64,000 nt of DNA from Phormidium sp. (lineage in GTDB: Bacteria; Cyanobacteriota; Cyanobacteriia; Cyanobacteriales; Aerosakkonemataceae): assembly GCA_051013385.1 (NCBI GenBank), contig CP143273.1:160001-224000 (forward strand), in the 5' to 3' direction. The notes under the pieces are model-generated. The model made no database searches, was not told where the DNA came from, and saw nothing but the letters and a program-made list of their open reading frames with translations. The stretch's first letter is position 1; each line of letters starts with the position of its first letter. Both the position numbers and the translations under genes were made by a program. Positions 61,509-64,000 of the stretch are shown here, in pieces.

Positions 61509-64000
61509 TTATTTACTGATTTGCTGCGACACCACTGGTTGAAATTCAACACATCTAGCTAACCACAATGGTTTTTGAGAGTCTACCCCCAAAGGAGGTG
61601 TTGGTGCTCCTAGAGCTTGCAATCTTCTTGGCTCTATTCCTTGAATAATTAAAGCATTTTTAACTGTTTCCGCACGGGTTTGTGCTAACTTAAGGTTGGT
61701 ATCGGGAGAACCAATAGGATCGCTATAACCCATGATTCTCAAAAACAAGTTTGGATATTGATTCAAATATGCTTTGATTTGCAAAAGTTTGTTTTTATTT
61801 TCTGCTTTTAACTCTGCCGATCCTGAATCAAAATAGATGCGGGTTGCGATCGCTTGCGGTTGAACTTGCACCGTATTAGTAACAGTTTTTACCCCCGGAA
61901 TTTGCTTGAATGCTTGAGTAATTTTTTCCCCATCTTCAATTTGAGATACCGTTCCCTTAACTAGTACTTTACCATTTGAGTATAGAGAATAAACGGTTAC
62001 TCCATTGATTTTATTTAAAGTTGAAGTTACCCGTTTAATTTCCGAGGCTATTTCTACAGGATTAGGCGGTACTTCCACTGCGATAATTTGGTTTTCTAAC
62101 AACTGATTGGGGGCAATTTTTCTAGCTATTTCTTCAGCTTTGGTGCGGAGATACTGATTTGGCAAATTTCCCAAAAGCTGCAATTTCCCATCATCAACCC
62201 GCGCTTCTAAACGATAAACCGCTAATTCTGGAGTCGATGCTAAAGCTTGAACTACATCTTTTTCTATACGGCGATCTGTGCTTTCACGATATTGCCAGTA
62301 TCCCCAAGGTAAGATGATTGCACCTAACAGTAAAGAAGTAATAATTAACAGTCCAGAAGGTCGAAAAACTTGACGTTTTGCACCTGCTTCACCGATTTTA
62401 ATTAATCCTAATAAAAGTTCGTGAACTTTCTCAGGAATACTATCAGGATCTCCGGCAAAATTTTCTATTTCGTTACCAGCAACTTGCACAATATTGTAGA
62501 GAGCTTGCTGCATTCTGCGAATGTACCATTGGGGAGTTTTCCCTTGAGTTACTACTGATAAATAACAATATCCTGCTACTTCTAAAACAATTTTAGAATT
62601 GCCATAGTCGATCGCGTCAATTTCCGAAACGTCTCCCGATCGAGCAATACAATCATTCACAAAACTCCGAATCGCTGTGAGCATCCCAGCTACCATATCT
62701 GATTCTAGTCTTTCTTTGTCCTCTGGTTGAGCCTCTGCGATTAACAAACCTGAGCTTTTGTGGATTAAAAATACAGCACGAACCTTAAAAGGAATCGCTT
62801 CTTTAAGAATTAGTTCTCCTTCCGAAACCCCCTGCATTTTGGCGCGAATTTTGCGATTTATTCCTTCCAAACTAAAAGTATTCTCAATTTTTTCATTAAT
62901 CGATCGAATCGCATCCGCCATGTATTTGCTAATAGTACTACCAATCACCGGGTAGAGAGCATCTACCATTGCATCTCTTTCCAGCACTATTTGTTCTTTA
63001 ATCGCTTTCCCCATTTCTGATGCTAATGCTTTGGAAATAGCATTTTTATCTATTTTGTTTTGTTCTTTAATTGCTTCTGCTAATTCCGGCGCGATCGCTT
63101 GAGCAATTTCTTGGGGATGATTGCGAATTTGTTGCGAAATTGCTGGGGGAAGTAAAGGTGCGATCGCCGTAATTAAGGCTTCTTTATCTTCTTCTCTTTT
63201 ATTCTTAATTACCCGATCGATAATTGGGGTAAGAGCCTCAATCATCGCTTCTGGATCTAACTTAATTTGCTCCTTAATCGCCTTGGCAATTATCGGCGCA
63301 ATTGCTAAAGCTAATTCCTCCGGTTCTTGGCGAACTTCTAAAGAAATTGCTGGGGGAATAGCAGATGCAATAGCAGCCGCCATACCTTCTTTATCTTCCT
63401 GGCTTTTTGCTTTAATTAATTCATGAACGATCGGAGTTATTGTATTGATTAATGATTGTTTTGATTGCTCTGAATCATTAATCTTTCGATTAAGTAATTC
63501 AGAAATTATCGGTAAAAGTAACTTTATTAATTCGTCCGGCTGATAAATTTGATGCTCAACATTAGCCAGTTTTTGTTCAAATTTGCCAATTATAGCTTGC
63601 AATTGAGCTAACTCTGGTTCTAATAAAAGAACTTGCAACCGTTTATAAGCATCGTATAATTCTTCTACATTATCATCATAATATTCCAGCAATGAAGCCG
63701 CTGGTTTAGATAATTCTAATTCCTGCTTAATTTCTGGCTCTGAATTTAATTGCTCGGTTCGGTTTTCTGTAACTACTGAGATAGCATTTGGTAAATCTCC
63801 CTGCTTTTCTACATCTGAATTATCTATTTCTATATCCTGGGGAGCAATTTCTGATTCTCTATTTAATGTTTCGCTGCTTTCAGTTAGTAATTCTTCCTCC
63901 TTTTCTCCGTCTGAATTATCTATTTCTATATCCTGTGGGGCAATTTCTAAGCCTATATTTAACGTTTCCCTACTATCACTAATTAGCTCATTACTATACT
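61509..64000 (-). CDS. Membrane protein: acidic repeats, helical repeats, longin/roadblock-like segment, TM, 2 BON, OmpA-like domain (5' end outside window)
   Basis: Frame open to window end; IYFDSGS...GYSD..G....NLKLAQTRA (OmpA C-terminal-like). Confidence 0.88.
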   Translation of the reverse strand, partial: YSNELISDSRETLNIGLEIAPQDIEIDNSDGEKEEELLTESSETLNRESEIAPQDIEIDNSDVEKQGDLPNAISVVTENRTEQLNSEPEIKQELELSKPAASLLEYYDDNVEELYDAYKRLQVLLLEPELAQLQAIIGKFEQKLANVEHQIYQPDELIKLLLPIISELLNRKINDSEQSKQSLINTITPIVHELIKAKSQEDKEGMAAAIASAIPPAISLEVRQEPEELALAIAPIIAKAIKEQIKLDPEAMIEALTPIIDRVIKNKREEDKEALITAIAPLLPPAISQQIRNHPQEIAQAIAPELAEAIKEQNKIDKNAISKALASEMGKAIKEQIVLERDAMVDALYPVIGSTISKYMADAIRSINEKIENTFSLEGINRKIRAKMQGVSEGELILKEAIPFKVRAVFLIHKSSGLLIAEAQPEDKERLESDMVAGMLTAIRSFVNDCIARSGDVSEIDAIDYGNSKIVLEVAGYCYLSVVTQGKTPQWYIRRMQQALYNIVQVAGNEIENFAGDPDSIPEKVHELLLGLIKIGEAGAKRQVFRPSGLLIITSLLLGAIILPWGYWQYRESTDRRIEKDVVQALASTPELAVYRLEARVDDGKLQLLGNLPNQYLRTKAEEIARKIAPNQLLENQIIAVEVPPNPVEIASEIKRVTSTLNKINGVTVYSLYSNGKVLVKGTVSQIEDGEKITQAFKQIPGVKTVTNTVQVQPQAIATRIYFDSGSAELKAENKNKLLQIKAYLNQYPNLFLRIMGYSDPIGSPDTNLKLAQTRAETVKNALIIQGIEPRRLQALGAPTPPLGVDSQKPLWLARCVEFQPVVSQQISK

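Overview
Cyanobacterial chromosome segment. The very frequent HIP1 octamer GCGATCGC, heptamer STRR tracts and psb34/cphA point to a cyanobacterium; a filamentous Oscillatoriales-like host is an inference. Core genes: groEL (5' part) with a perfect CIRCE box, psb34 with an HLR1 site, a GDT1/Mnx manganese exporter under a yybP-ykoY riboswitch, an alcohol dehydrogenase, trpB2, sdhA, an LCP protein and cphA. These alternate with accessory tracts: toxin-antitoxin clusters, an ISL3 and an IS4 element, a tnpB remnant, a truncated tyrosine integrase, many fused gene fragments, and MITE/REP-like repeats. Most notable: (1) an operon encoding a BON/OmpA membrane protein with a longin/roadblock-like cytoplasmic segment, a Rab-like small GTPase and a PAS-GAF adenylate cyclase; (2) a cassette-like array of small genes delimited by a 43-bp double-HIP1 repeat; (3) twin 13-23-13 bp inverted-repeat sites next to the integrase; (4) a TPR-CHAT / small protein / 2-TM protein conflict-like system whose protease gene carries an in-frame MITE. 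All product calls are motif recognition by eye; no database searches were run.
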